DNA of 64,000 nucleotides, taken from IMG/VR virus record IMGVR_UViG_3300042386_001233, positions 124,001 to 188,000 of that record, one strand, 5' to 3'. The notes below the pieces were generated by a model. It did not search any database, was not told where the DNA came from, and saw nothing but the letters and a program-made list of their open reading frames with translations. How positions within the stretch are numbered: the stretch's first letter is position 1; each line of letters opens with the position of its first letter. Position numbers and translations under genes: made by a program. Below are positions 29,728 through 39,463 of this stretch, one piece after another.

Positions 29728-30618
29728 CTATATCGTACCCATGACTCTGCCCTTTTGGGTACGAACAACATAACCCTTACGAACCAAAAACGGCTCAATA
29801 CTATTCTCGATAGTATCTAAAGCTATTCCAGTCATTGCTGATATAGACTTAAGACCCAAAGGATTACCCTTGCTTCGTCTCAAAGCATCAATATAAAGCC
29901 TATCATACAGATCCAAACCCTTACTATCTATACCCTGAGTAGAAAAAATGGTATCAATTGTACATGGATCGGTATGGCATATCTTGTAGTTTTTATACCA
30001 TAATAGTCTAGCATTAAGAATTCTCGGAGTACCCTTGCTTCTTTTTGCTATCTCAACCAAATCTTCATCAGAGATTTCTAGATCTAATTTAGCAGAGTTC
30101 AATCTTGCTACTTTAGCTAGATCATCATCCGTATAGAAAGAAAGATGTTCTTTGATTGTAAACCTGTCATAAAATGGCTGACTTAAACTTCCCCCACTAG
30201 TAGTCGCTCCGATAAGAGTAAACATTGGAAGATCAATAGTTTCTGGAGCATCTTCTGATGATATACTAAGTACAAAATCTTCCATGATAGGATACAAAAA
30301 CTCCTCTACTGTTTTGGGCAACCTGTGTATTTCGTCAATAAACAACACAGACCTAGCAGAGATTCCCATAATATATGGCAAAAGATTTTTTATGCTACGA
30401 ATATTAGCAGCATTGAGAGTATAAAGACTGACCCCCATTTCGTTTGCTATAGCACTCGCTATGGTAGTCTTGCCAAGCCCAGGAGGGCCGTCTATTAAAA
30501 CATGAGGCAGCACACTGCTAGACATTTTACAGCCCATAGCAGAGATGCGTAGACGCTCAATAACGTCGCCCTGACCAATGATTTCATCAAAACTCTTCGG
30601 CCTTGTAACATTTGCCAT
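29728..30618 (-). CDS. ruvB: Holliday junction branch-migration AAA+ helicase RuvB
   Basis: RPKSFDEIIGQ, GPPGLGKTT, FIDEIHRL, LYPIMEDF, FTLIGATT, DRF, GTPR, IEPFL...RTQKGR. Confidence 0.95.
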   Translation of the reverse strand: MANVTRPKSFDEIIGQGDVIERLRISAMGCKMSSSVLPHVLIDGPPGLGKTTIASAIANEMGVSLYTLNAANIRSIKNLLPYIMGISARSVLFIDEIHRLPKTVEEFLYPIMEDFVLSISSEDAPETIDLPMFTLIGATTSGGSLSQPFYDRFTIKEHLSFYTDDDLAKVARLNSAKLDLEISDEDLVEIAKRSKGTPRILNARLLWYKNYKICHTDPCTIDTIFSTQGIDSKGLDLYDRLYIDALRRSKGNPLGLKSISAMTGIALDTIENSIEPFLVRKGYVVRTQKGRVMGTI

Positions 30619-30621
30619 AAT

Positions 30622-31038
30622 TCACATTCCTCCAAAAATTTTCAGAGCATCCTTCACTAACAATAAAGGATTATTCTGATTAGTAAGATCGTATACTTTA
30701 TTTACCAAATCTACAGCTTCTTTGTTAGAAAAACCATAGTTTTCCAAAATTTTATATGCTTTTTTAAGATACTCAGGCTCCTCTTTCGTAACTATTTCAG
30801 ATGACTTATTAGATTCTGTTCTAGGTTTTGTGGTCTTTTTTGAGAATTGTGTTTTTATATTTGCTATCTGGCGTATCTTATAAACATTCCCGCAATCACA
30901 TACAAGTTTAAAACCCTTCACTTGAACTTGATTCAAAAATAGCCAATGTTCTGATTCGCACTCTGTATTTGTGCATTTATATTTAAACTGAGCATCTAGA
31001 CTAATCGGTTTCAGGCTTTTGGTTTGATTTTGTATCAT
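30622..31038 (-). CDS. Zn-ribbon + RuvA C-terminal-domain-like protein
   Basis: CTNTEC...VCDCG N-terminus; C-terminal AYKILENYGFSNKEAVDLV...LLVKDALK; 3 nt upstream of ruvB. Confidence 0.6.
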   Translation of the reverse strand: MIQNQTKSLKPISLDAQFKYKCTNTECESEHWLFLNQVQVKGFKLVCDCGNVYKIRQIANIKTQFSKKTTKPRTESNKSSEIVTKEEPEYLKKAYKILENYGFSNKEAVDLVNKVYDLTNQNNPLLLVKDALKIFGGM

Positions 31039-31480
31039 CTTCTTCTTTCACCCAAAAAATAAAATCGTTTTGATCACTATCGTACGCACTATCAAGAATT
31101 CCTTTATTAACCAAGGAATTTAATATATTACTAATCATTCTATTATTCAGATCTTCTATAATAGTTTGAAGAAGTTTATCAGTTAAACAATATCTTACTT
31201 CTTTTGTTTTTTTATTTATCTGTTTCTTTGCGTGGTTTTTAATTATAATAGCAGATTCATCATGGGTTAGTGTCTCATTCATCTCCTCTATTTCTTGTTT
31301 GCTCATTTCAGATATGGATGCCACCATAGAATCGTGTTCTACTTCTTTTATAGCTCCAAAAAATTTAAAAACTAATGATCTTGAATGGTCAACAAAGTCA
31401 TCAAAATCATTTATAAAAAACCATTGTTCATTTTTCATTGAACTAGGGTTACTCCTTCGTACTTTGGAATCTCTGTCCAC
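31001..31480 (-). CDS. hypothetical protein (paralog family with 49190 and 49533 ORFs)
   Basis: C-terminal LNSLVNKGILDSAYDSDQNDFIFW. Confidence 0.6.
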   Translation of the reverse strand: MDRDSKVRRSNPSSMKNEQWFFINDFDDFVDHSRSLVFKFFGAIKEVEHDSMVASISEMSKQEIEEMNETLTHDESAIIIKNHAKKQINKKTKEVRYCLTDKLLQTIIEDLNNRMISNILNSLVNKGILDSAYDSDQNDFIFWVKEEDDTKSNQKPETD

Positions 31481-32353
31481 ATCAGTTTAGCAGAGAACTC
31501 TGGTTTGTACACTGTGACCACCCTATCTGTTTTTTTATCTTTTTCCACAATTGCTTCTACTATTACTCTATCTTCATTAAGTCTTTTTTCTATCTCTCTA
31601 ATAGAGTCAGACATACTATCGAATGTTTTATTGTATTCTGGTCTATTAAATAGTGTTTTAAAATATGTGGTCATAATTATTTATCTTTGAGTTCTGTTTG
31701 ACAGTTATTGTGTTTGTCTACAAATGTTCTTTCAAATCCCAATTCTGCTAGTATGGGCATTTCGTAAAAGGTAATAGTAAATCTTACATTACCGGCATCA
31801 TCTGTCATTTTTGTCCACTCAATTCTTTTTGCTTGGCTCATGTTGGTTGCAAGATCGTATGCTATTAACGGAGTTTCTGTCAAAGAACCAAAAGCCATCG
31901 CTAAATATAAAAATAATGCTGGTAACATAACATCCGTGTCTTTCAGTTTAAAATATCAAACATACCATCATAATAATTCGGCTGTTGTAAAAAGTGAACA
32001 GCGTTTGCTATTAAATGATTTCTATACTCAGTATCTAATTTGTTGTGAATAAAATATTTTGTTTTGTAAATTGGTTCTTTGTAATGATTGTTCCCCAAAT
32101 ACAGGGAGTTTTTGAAGTTCCCTGATTTGGAGAAGTAATCATTCACAGGTAACGAACCTTTAGGAAAGCTCGGGCCAATATACCATACGTTTGAAGGATG
32201 TTCAACTATTTCATTTAGAGTATCATATAACATTTTTCCCCAAGCATCCCAAGCGTCGGGGTCAAACTTGAAATACTTTTTATAATGACTCTCTAAATTG
32301 TCCTGACTATCACCATAGTCATCGTAGTCATCATCTTCATAATCTTCGTGCAT
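31435..32353 (-). CDS. three small hypothetical proteins (31435-31674, 31677-31928, 31943-32353)
   Basis: Tightly packed ORFs, no recognised motif. Confidence 0.5.
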
Positions 32354-32356
32354 ATT

Positions 32357-33514
32357 TCACCCGATACAAAATTTATCACTAATCTTAGACGCTAGTTCTT
32401 TAGCAGCATTAGAAAGAAACCTGTTGTTGCTAAAGTAGAGGGGTGTTGAGACTTGATTAAGGAACTCCACGACCGTTTTTAAAAGCTTGGTCTGGGAACC
32501 GTCAAGATCTAAATCTTCGCCCCCAGCGTCAACAGGAAGCGGCTCAATAGCATCTGTATCGTCCTCAGTAACAGGAGATACTGGAGTAGGATCACCATAA
32601 GCCTTGTTGAACATACCATGACCAGAATAGACATACTTTGTCTTGATATCTTCTGTGCTGTTGGTATATGTGTTAAGGTTTAAAGACTTCATCTGATTTG
32701 CAATAGTTGTAGCAACATTAATTGCAACTGGAACTCCAGTGATGTCAGACTTTTTATAAGCCTTGGCATATTCTTTAAACCATTCGTCGCTAGTCTTATT
32801 AGCAACAATATTAACAACAGCAGAAACTCCATCAAGAGCCTCTTTAAGTTGTTCAATATTTATCGGATTACCAGTTGATCCAGACAAAATACTGGTAAAA
32901 TAAGGTTGCTTTCCTTCCCAACCCTTCCTCCACCAAGTATAAGGGATTCTGTAAATCTGATTGATTTTGATAGCTCGGGCATCACCACCAAAATGATTTA
33001 CCAGTTTCTTTTGAATACCATTCCAATAAGTCTTATGAGGACTATTAGTATTTGGGTTTAGAATCCAATAGCACTGATAACCATTACGAGTATCAACAAC
33101 CCAGCTTGGCTTTACTGGAAAGTTATTGATATAATTCAAGAATCCCCTTTTCTTCTGCATTACGACACTGGGCTTAAAATAGTTACCGTTATCATCTCGT
33201 CCAGCATCCATATCAACAAAACAAGCACGAATTCTACTAATAGCATATTGTTTACGTCCACCATTAACGTAGAAATAAGCATCAGCACCTTGGTTATCAT
33301 TTGCAATAGCAACGGTGGTGAGATGATCTGTATGATTCATGCTACTGATCTTCTTGCGAGGATCACCATTGTAACAGAAAATCTGCTGACCACCAAAAGA
33401 CTCAAAAAACTTATTCCTCAAAGTAATCTGATCTCTTGTTCCAATAGCACTATGAGTCTTATCAAACGGATTAAAAGCCAAAGTATCGCTAAACATTTGT
33501 TTTCCTTTTTCCAC
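32357..33514 (-). CDS. RepB'-type (AEP superfamily) DNA primase-like protein
   Basis: AYFYVN, RACFVDMD (DxD), PSWVVDTRNGYQCYW, FGGD, YRIP. Confidence 0.75.
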   Translation of the reverse strand: MEKGKQMFSDTLAFNPFDKTHSAIGTRDQITLRNKFFESFGGQQIFCYNGDPRKKISSMNHTDHLTTVAIANDNQGADAYFYVNGGRKQYAISRIRACFVDMDAGRDDNGNYFKPSVVMQKKRGFLNYINNFPVKPSWVVDTRNGYQCYWILNPNTNSPHKTYWNGIQKKLVNHFGGDARAIKINQIYRIPYTWWRKGWEGKQPYFTSILSGSTGNPINIEQLKEALDGVSAVVNIVANKTSDEWFKEYAKAYKKSDITGVPVAINVATTIANQMKSLNLNTYTNSTEDIKTKYVYSGHGMFNKAYGDPTPVSPVTEDDTDAIEPLPVDAGGEDLDLDGSQTKLLKTVVEFLNQVSTPLYFSNNRFLSNAAKELASKISDKFCIG

Positions 33515-33575
33515 TTCCTACCTACATTTTTGATATTGGGATAGTAAACACTACCATCAAAAGCAATATCGTAAA

Positions 33576-33655
33576 AGATGGTAACGGAATCGAACCGTTA
33601 TTGTAGGATAGTAAAAACTATATAGGTACTATCTTACAAGTTCCAAACACCACCT
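33576..33655 (-). ncRNA. tRNA-like / tmRNA-TLD-like structured RNA (80 nt)
   Basis: Acceptor AGGUGGU/ACCAUCU with G3.U70; T-arm AACGG-UUCGAUU-CCGUU; stemless 9-nt D region; 12-bp helix with one mismatch in place of the anticodon arm. Confidence 0.65.
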
Positions 33656-33658
33656 TGA

Positions 33659-34234
33659 CTATTTACTAACTCCATATTTATTCTTGAGACTTTCCATTGT
33701 TCTATTAATTTTCACTTCGCTTTTTTTGGTAAATTTATCACTATCAGATAGTTCATAATGCAACTCTCTATGACATCTATTACAAAGCAGTTTACACTTT
33801 TTTATTTCTTGTAACAGTTTTTCAAAATTTGTATTAATTTCTCCTATCGCATACTCTTTGATCGCAGGATCTAAATGATGAAAATCTAATGCCGATTGAC
33901 ACTTATTGTATCCACATTTTTCACATCTGTTGCCCAGTTGTTCTATTAGAATTTTTTTCTTTGCTATTTTAATGATTTTGTTAGCGCATTTACTACAAGT
34001 TTTCATTGAGCTTTTTTTATCACAAATTTCACAGTTGGTTATACCTAATGCTTTTCTGTTTGTTTTATCGTGTGGTCTTAAGTTTTTAGTTAAGTACCCT
34101 AGTCGTTTTTTAGCCTCATGAATAGATGATTTAGAACATCCATATAATTCGGCTAACTCATACGAGGTTTTACCTTCAAGTATATGCTGCTTGAATCTTT
34201 TCTTATCCTTGATAATTTCTTTAATAGTCATCAT
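33659..34234 (-). CDS. HNH homing endonuclease with N-terminal HTH
   Basis: ELAELYGCSKSSI HTH; CEKCGY...ALDFHHLDP..K...KCKLLCNRCHRELH. Confidence 0.88.
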   Translation of the reverse strand: MMTIKEIIKDKKRFKQHILEGKTSYELAELYGCSKSSIHEAKKRLGYLTKNLRPHDKTNRKALGITNCEICDKKSSMKTCSKCANKIIKIAKKKILIEQLGNRCEKCGYNKCQSALDFHHLDPAIKEYAIGEINTNFEKLLQEIKKCKLLCNRCHRELHYELSDSDKFTKKSEVKINRTMESLKNKYGVSK

Positions 34235-34301
34235 AAACCCCCGGAGAATGAAAGTATACCTTTTAATACACCTTTCAAACTCCGAGGGCATGATTTATTT
34301 T

Positions 34302-35171
34302 TTAGAAATTATCCTCATCCTCTTCATCGTCAAAATCGTCCTCATAATCATCTTCGTCAGAATCGTCAAATTGAGACCAATAATCTTCATCGGTCAAGTG
34401 ATCATCATTATCTTCGTCATCATTATCATCATAGCTAAAATTTTCCGAATACAGAGGCTTAAGTAATTCTCCTGCATATTCAGCAACAACTTCATATCGA
34501 CAAGTACGAAGTTTTTCATAATTGCAATCACTTGGGACACTGACTACATCTTTCGGGTTAATCTTGACGATCACAATTCGATCTCCATTCTCAAGACTAC
34601 CATACCCAGCAACATAGTTTAAAGCCCCGGCATGAAGTCCATTTGAACAACCCCTACCTCTATCGTCATCAACTTTAGATCGTGTCATTTCGCAAACCTT
34701 ACCAACACTATTGTCGAAAACACCACGATACTTATCCTTAAAATCTGAACGAACAGCTTTATAGGCCAAAAAATATCCATCGGAAGTTACAGCCAAATTC
34801 TCATGTTCCAAGAAATCATACAGTTCCTTCTGACTCTGCATACTTGGATTTTCCATGAGATTATTCAGGAAATTAACAAGGGGCTGAAACGGCAATCCCT
34901 TGCTCATAAACTCCAGAATACGCTTACTAATACTACCATGAACTTCCTCACCCTCGTAGAGAACCTGACCGTTCTTGATCTCCACAAGACCATCGCTAAA
35001 AGTAGCAACAGCCTTTTGAACATCAACAACTTCCAAGAGTTCCTCTGCCGTAGCAGTAGGAAGTCTTTCCAGAATCAACTTATAGTTGATATGATCCGGC
35101 AACACCTGATAACTCTGGTTGTTAAGAACCAGCGTCAAATTACCATCCACAAACATAAACGGAACAGCCAT
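34302..35171 (-). CDS. rIIB: T4 rIIB-like protein
   Basis: DGYFLAYKAV..D, VDDDR..GCS.GLH, IVKINPKDVVSVP.D...KLRTCRYEVV; acidic tail. Confidence 0.85.
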   Translation of the reverse strand: MAVPFMFVDGNLTLVLNNQSYQVLPDHINYKLILERLPTATAEELLEVVDVQKAVATFSDGLVEIKNGQVLYEGEEVHGSISKRILEFMSKGLPFQPLVNFLNNLMENPSMQSQKELYDFLEHENLAVTSDGYFLAYKAVRSDFKDKYRGVFDNSVGKVCEMTRSKVDDDRGRGCSNGLHAGALNYVAGYGSLENGDRIVIVKINPKDVVSVPSDCNYEKLRTCRYEVVAEYAGELLKPLYSENFSYDDNDDEDNDDHLTDEDYWSQFDDSDEDDYEDDFDDEEDEDNF

Positions 35172-35217
35172 AATCCAAACTCCTAATACTTTTAGTTACG
35201 ATACCTGTGATACTGTC

Positions 35218-35256
35218 ATTTTACACTAATCGGCAAGCTTGTCAAGGGGTCTTGAG
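35218..35256 (-). promoter_or_regulatory. interlocked sigma70 + sigma28-like promoter (rIIB)
   Basis: TTGACA-N16-TAAAAT overlapped by CTCAAG-N16-GCCGATTA. Confidence 0.7.
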
Positions 35257-35266
35257 AAATTCCTGA

Positions 35267-37951
35267 CTACTTGATCAAACTACTCAACTGAATCTTAAAA
35301 AGGTCAATATTCTCCTGACTCATCTGCTCAATCCAATCCTTGCTAGACTTTCCATAATAGGAACTACGATCTTCAAGAATAGGATTCTGACTAGGCTTTA
35401 GGTCTGTCAGATTGCCGCTAACTTGATGAGTTCCCATCATATATTTCAGCATAGGATTCTTGTCTACTTCAGCCTTAATCTTCTCCCTAATTTCAGAGAT
35501 TTTCCATCTCTTAAGATCTTCAGTAGAAGTTCCACGAATAATCTTGAGATAACCCTCTGCCTTGTCTTGATTAGTCACAGAATACAAACGAGTGACAATC
35601 ATGTTTGTCAAGGTGTTATAGGCCAAATTAGCATTACGAATCTCTTTACTATCAACATCTTCAATCCCAGCCTCTTTCATAAGCTTAGAAATATGAGAAA
35701 GATATTCTGTTTGACTGAACTTAGTGATATTAAAAGGATGAATATGAACAGTATTAGCAAAGAACTCTGTTAGCATTGTTTTGTTCAAGCAATCAACAAG
35801 AGTCTTATTGCCAATAAACTTATCATAATCCAATCCAAAGATACTCAGAACATGAAACATAAACTGCTTATCGGTTGTTCCATACTGGCAATATCTATAG
35901 CCGCCAGTAGTCTTTTCTTCAGTTGCAAAATCTTTCTTGCAATATTCAACAAGCTTGTTGATAGAAGCAAGATTCTTAAAGTGCTTGTTAGCAACAACTT
36001 TAAGTTGACGCTTCAAGAAATCATTGAAGTTAACAAGATTATATCCGTCTTTCTCAAGCTTTTTAGCAAAAGCTGTTTTGATAGCATAAACCTTACTATC
36101 TCCAACCAAGTCCTTGACTATACTCTTGAGTTTATCATCACTAAGAGTAATAGCGATGTCATTAATCTCAGGATAACCAGACTCAGGCTCAGTCTTATAA
36201 CGAAGCATAGGAACATACACAATCTCATCCTGTTCCAGAAAATCCTCTAGTTGTTCTTCTGAAAGAATTCTGAGACAAGTAGCATCATTATAAGGATTAG
36301 TAATCTGCTTACTGTCCTTATCATAACCGTGGATAAAGAATACATCTTGATCACTAACACTACCATTAGAATTTCTATTGTAAGACTTTCTTGGGCCAGA
36401 ACTTTGTGTCAGATGTTTATAGTCTGAAACCTTGAGCAGATTTCCAGCCCCAACATCTTCGATCAGTTGATCAAAACCTTCTCCGCTTTTTGTATGATCC
36501 TTAGTGTCGATCATCAGATAAGCAAAGCAATCGTTTGCATTACAATATCTTGTAAGAATTTTCTTGGCACTTTCTTCACTAGCAACGTCGCAGACAAAGA
36601 AAGCCATCGTTCCCTTCTTTTTCTGATTATTCCAGTAATAGGAACCTTTACCAGTAAGAGTTTCATGATGGATTCTGTCTGTCAGAGCAACTTGGCGGCG
36701 AGAACGATAGCCAGCAGTCTTGTAATTAAAAACGTACAGACTCTTACCGGCAGGAATTTTATATTCCAAGTCATTGCCAGAGTTGATAGGATGATCTTTA
36801 CCCTTGGGATCAGTCCAAGTAGCACCAACACCCCAGCCGCCAGCCAATTCATTCATAGCATAGTATGAAGTAATTGCTTCTACCTTGTTTTGGGCAGCTT
36901 GAATTTTCTTGGAGAATTCTTCCTTCATCTCCATGTAAATTTCTTGAGTCTTTTTACGCAGTGTCTTGATAACATCTTTAGTATACTGCAAACCTTCACG
37001 GCTAACATCCATTTCCAGTTCACCGATACCAAAATCAAGCTCAAGATAAAGGCCGGAGTTCAGAATCTCTCCAACGAAACTCTTCCAAGAATCAATATCT
37101 GCTTTCTGGAAAGCCCTATTCCACTTCTGAATATGATCGGGCATCTCATCCTTCTCTTGACCAACAATCTGTGCGGTCTGAACAGGATAAGCGATATTGC
37201 CCATGATAGCTACGATACCACTATCAATTCGATGATAACCATTAGGGAAATAACTATTATCATTATTAAGTCGGCATACCCTCCAACCTTCACCACTAAT
37301 GATGATGTTGGTATTACTATACTTATGATCTTGCAGATTATTTCCGATACCACCTTCAAGGATGGGTTTCATGCGGAAATAGTGGAAGATTCTCTTAGCC
37401 TTGTCGGTAAACTCTTGGAAATCATGCTGCTTAACAGCGAAACTAATTTCAAGACCATTAGGCTCAGACGTATCTGAAGTATTGAAAAGATTCAGAGTAG
37501 GCACTCCGCTCTCGTCAATCGCAGCAATATAGGTATACTTCTTACCGTTGTAATATGATGCCGTGGTGAAACTCTTGGTATACGCGAAGGGACTCTTAGA
37601 CCCTAGACCAAGACAACCAACAAAATCATTACTATCATTCTTGTTGGACGCACCATAAGTTGTATACAAGTCCTCCATATCGGCCTGACTAAGACCAGTG
37701 CCATAATCTCTGACTACGAAGGTAGGATTGGCAGCGGTAGGCAAAGTCACCTTAAAGGGATTCTTATTCCCGGCAGAGATATGACTATCATAAGCATTAG
37801 TAGAAAGCTCACGAATCGCAGCCATAACCTTATCAGAGTAAAGAGAGTCTGAAAGGATTTTAAACATTTTGCTCGTCTGAGCAATATTGAACTGATTCCT
37901 GCTTGCAACTCCAACGCTGTGAGTCTCAATCGTCCTATCTGCCAACTTCAT
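35267..37951 (-). CDS. rIIA: T4 rIIA-like protein (GHKL ATPase N-terminus)
   Basis: FKILSDSLYSDK.AAIRELSTNAYDSH, RDYGTGLS, YGASNK, GCLGLGSKSPFAYT, SREGLQY; directly upstream of rIIB. Confidence 0.88.
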   Translation of the reverse strand: MKLADRTIETHSVGVASRNQFNIAQTSKMFKILSDSLYSDKVMAAIRELSTNAYDSHISAGNKNPFKVTLPTAANPTFVVRDYGTGLSQADMEDLYTTYGASNKNDSNDFVGCLGLGSKSPFAYTKSFTTASYYNGKKYTYIAAIDESGVPTLNLFNTSDTSEPNGLEISFAVKQHDFQEFTDKAKRIFHYFRMKPILEGGIGNNLQDHKYSNTNIIISGEGWRVCRLNNDNSYFPNGYHRIDSGIVAIMGNIAYPVQTAQIVGQEKDEMPDHIQKWNRAFQKADIDSWKSFVGEILNSGLYLELDFGIGELEMDVSREGLQYTKDVIKTLRKKTQEIYMEMKEEFSKKIQAAQNKVEAITSYYAMNELAGGWGVGATWTDPKGKDHPINSGNDLEYKIPAGKSLYVFNYKTAGYRSRRQVALTDRIHHETLTGKGSYYWNNQKKKGTMAFFVCDVASEESAKKILTRYCNANDCFAYLMIDTKDHTKSGEGFDQLIEDVGAGNLLKVSDYKHLTQSSGPRKSYNRNSNGSVSDQDVFFIHGYDKDSKQITNPYNDATCLRILSEEQLEDFLEQDEIVYVPMLRYKTEPESGYPEINDIAITLSDDKLKSIVKDLVGDSKVYAIKTAFAKKLEKDGYNLVNFNDFLKRQLKVVANKHFKNLASINKLVEYCKKDFATEEKTTGGYRYCQYGTTDKQFMFHVLSIFGLDYDKFIGNKTLVDCLNKTMLTEFFANTVHIHPFNITKFSQTEYLSHISKLMKEAGIEDVDSKEIRNANLAYNTLTNMIVTRLYSVTNQDKAEGYLKIIRGTSTEDLKRWKISEIREKIKAEVDKNPMLKYMMGTHQVSGNLTDLKPSQNPILEDRSSYYGKSSKDWIEQMSQENIDLFKIQLSSLIK

Positions 37952-37991
37952 CTGTATTCTCCAAAAGTGTTATCGTTCCTGTGATGGCTCA

Positions 37992-38020
37992 AGTATACCA
38001 TCGGCAAACCATCTTGTCAA
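37992..38020 (-). promoter_or_regulatory. sigma70 promoter (rIIA)
   Basis: TTGACA-N17-TATACT, with GCCGAT in the spacer. Confidence 0.8.
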
Positions 38021-38268
38021 GCATCACTTTTCTTTTGTTGTCTGTCTGAGATTATTTTAAAACCGATAGCTATGTCTATCAGACCCAAAACTTTTAAAAA
38101 TGGCACTGGCAAAGTGAATGTCATCCCTCCGACAAGTATGCAAAGAAGTCCCATAATCCATACAACAAACTTTGGCATCCAATCAAATAATGACAAAAGA
38201 TAACTCATTGGCCCTATAATTAGCACAGATAAAAAAATAATTGTTACTAGTAGAGCTAAACTAGCCAT
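38017..38268 (-). CDS. small membrane protein
   Basis: Three hydrophobic segments. Confidence 0.6.
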   Translation of the reverse strand: MASLALLVTIIFLSVLIIGPMSYLLSLFDWMPKFVVWIMGLLCILVGGMTFTLPVPFLKVLGLIDIAIGFKIISDRQQKKSDA

Positions 38269-38567
38269 TAGTTATCTTCATTATCATAATCGCCTGGATC
38301 AAAATCCTCATCTTCATAAGGATTCCATTCTGTATTATATTCATCTTCTTCTTCTTCTTCGTCTATTTGTTCCTCCATTAATTCAATTGCGTCCATAACA
38401 ACTTCAAATTCTTGAATTTTATTAAGAACAAGATCTACTTTTTTGTCTAGATTTTTGATAAGTTTCTTTAACTCGCTAATATCTTTTGAAAGATTGTCTT
38501 CTATTTGATGTATCTCTTTATTAGCTTTGATTATCTCTTTGTTAATATTCTCAATATCTCTTGACAT
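38268..38567 (-). CDS. coiled-coil protein with very acidic tail
   Basis: Heptad pattern then EEEEEDEY...DEDF. Confidence 0.55.
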   Translation of the reverse strand: MSRDIENINKEIIKANKEIHQIEDNLSKDISELKKLIKNLDKKVDLVLNKIQEFEVVMDAIELMEEQIDEEEEEDEYNTEWNPYEDEDFDPGDYDNEDN

Positions 38568-38580
38568 AAGTAGTTACCTA

Positions 38581-38922
38581 TTATAGACGTTTATATTCTT
38601 TAATATCTCCATTTTCAATAATCTTCTTATCTTCGTATGAGCTTGCTGCACGACGATAAAATTCTTGCTTAATATTCTCTAATACACCAGTAATCATAGC
38701 AATCTTGGAGTATGAAATGTCTCCCATAATCCCACCTAATATTCGAGAAAAACAATAGTTAATTTTACCTAAAAGCATCATTGTTTGATTGTCTGTCAAG
38801 TTTTGTTGTTGGCAAATTTCTCCCTCTAAGGAGCATTTAAATACAAAAATTAAACTATCTATATGATTATCTAGTATTTTTCTATCTTGTTCTTTGATAT
38901 ATGGCATTTTAAATTCCTTCAC
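38581..38922 (-). CDS. conserved phage hypothetical protein
   Basis: MPYIK...G.INY...GVLENIKQEFYRR...YED.KI.ENGD. Confidence 0.6.
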   Translation of the reverse strand: MKEFKMPYIKEQDRKILDNHIDSLIFVFKCSLEGEICQQQNLTDNQTMMLLGKINYCFSRILGGIMGDISYSKIAMITGVLENIKQEFYRRAASSYEDKKIIENGDIKEYKRL

Positions 38923-39463
38923 ACTTACATTGGTATTTTAAACAATATGAACATTTTGGGCCGGGATCAGAATTTCCAAAATAATTAGCATAACCATCCC
39001 AGGTTTCTTTACCCGTGTCGATGCAAACCAATTTAGCTTTACCGTCTCTTATAATATAACCAATATTTTTTGTGTGACAGTCCCAAAATTTTAACTTTGT
39101 TTTGTCATATATAGATTCTACTAATTCTTGTATTTTCCATAGCTTAGTTTTTTCGCTACTTTCTTTAGCCAGTTCAGTAACATATCCCCAACCACTTATT
39201 TTATGAGGAAAGAAAGGCTCGTACCTCATTTTGCACAATTCAGAACAGACCTTGGGAGCAAGATCATAACTACTTAATTTGGACTGAATTTGTCTGGCGT
39301 ATGATGCTCTAGACTTAGAAATAAATTCTTTGAATCCTAAAGATGGTTCATTAGAGACTTTAAACAAAGTACAATAACCACCGTTTTCACTATAGTAGTC
39401 AGATAAATCAACTTTATATTTTGTACTTACCATATTAATAAGAGATAACTTGAGGAATTTCAC
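38909..39463 (-). CDS. protein kinase-like (PKL fold) protein
   Basis: GGYC, GFKEF, LAPKV, YVTELA, DCHTKNIG (catalytic loop), IDTG (DFG equivalent). Confidence 0.65.
   Translation of the reverse strand: MKFLKLSLINMVSTKYKVDLSDYYSENGGYCTLFKVSNEPSLGFKEFISKSRASYARQIQSKLSSYDLAPKVCSELCKMRYEPFFPHKISGWGYVTELAKESSEKTKLWKIQELVESIYDKTKLKFWDCHTKNIGYIIRDGKAKLVCIDTGKETWDGYANYFGNSDPGPKCSYCLKYQCKCEGI

Noticed and set aside
35423-37477. Several long plus-strand ORFs inside rIIA (similar ones lie inside guaC, ligase and glf)
   Set aside because: Antisense to well-supported genes and lacking motifs
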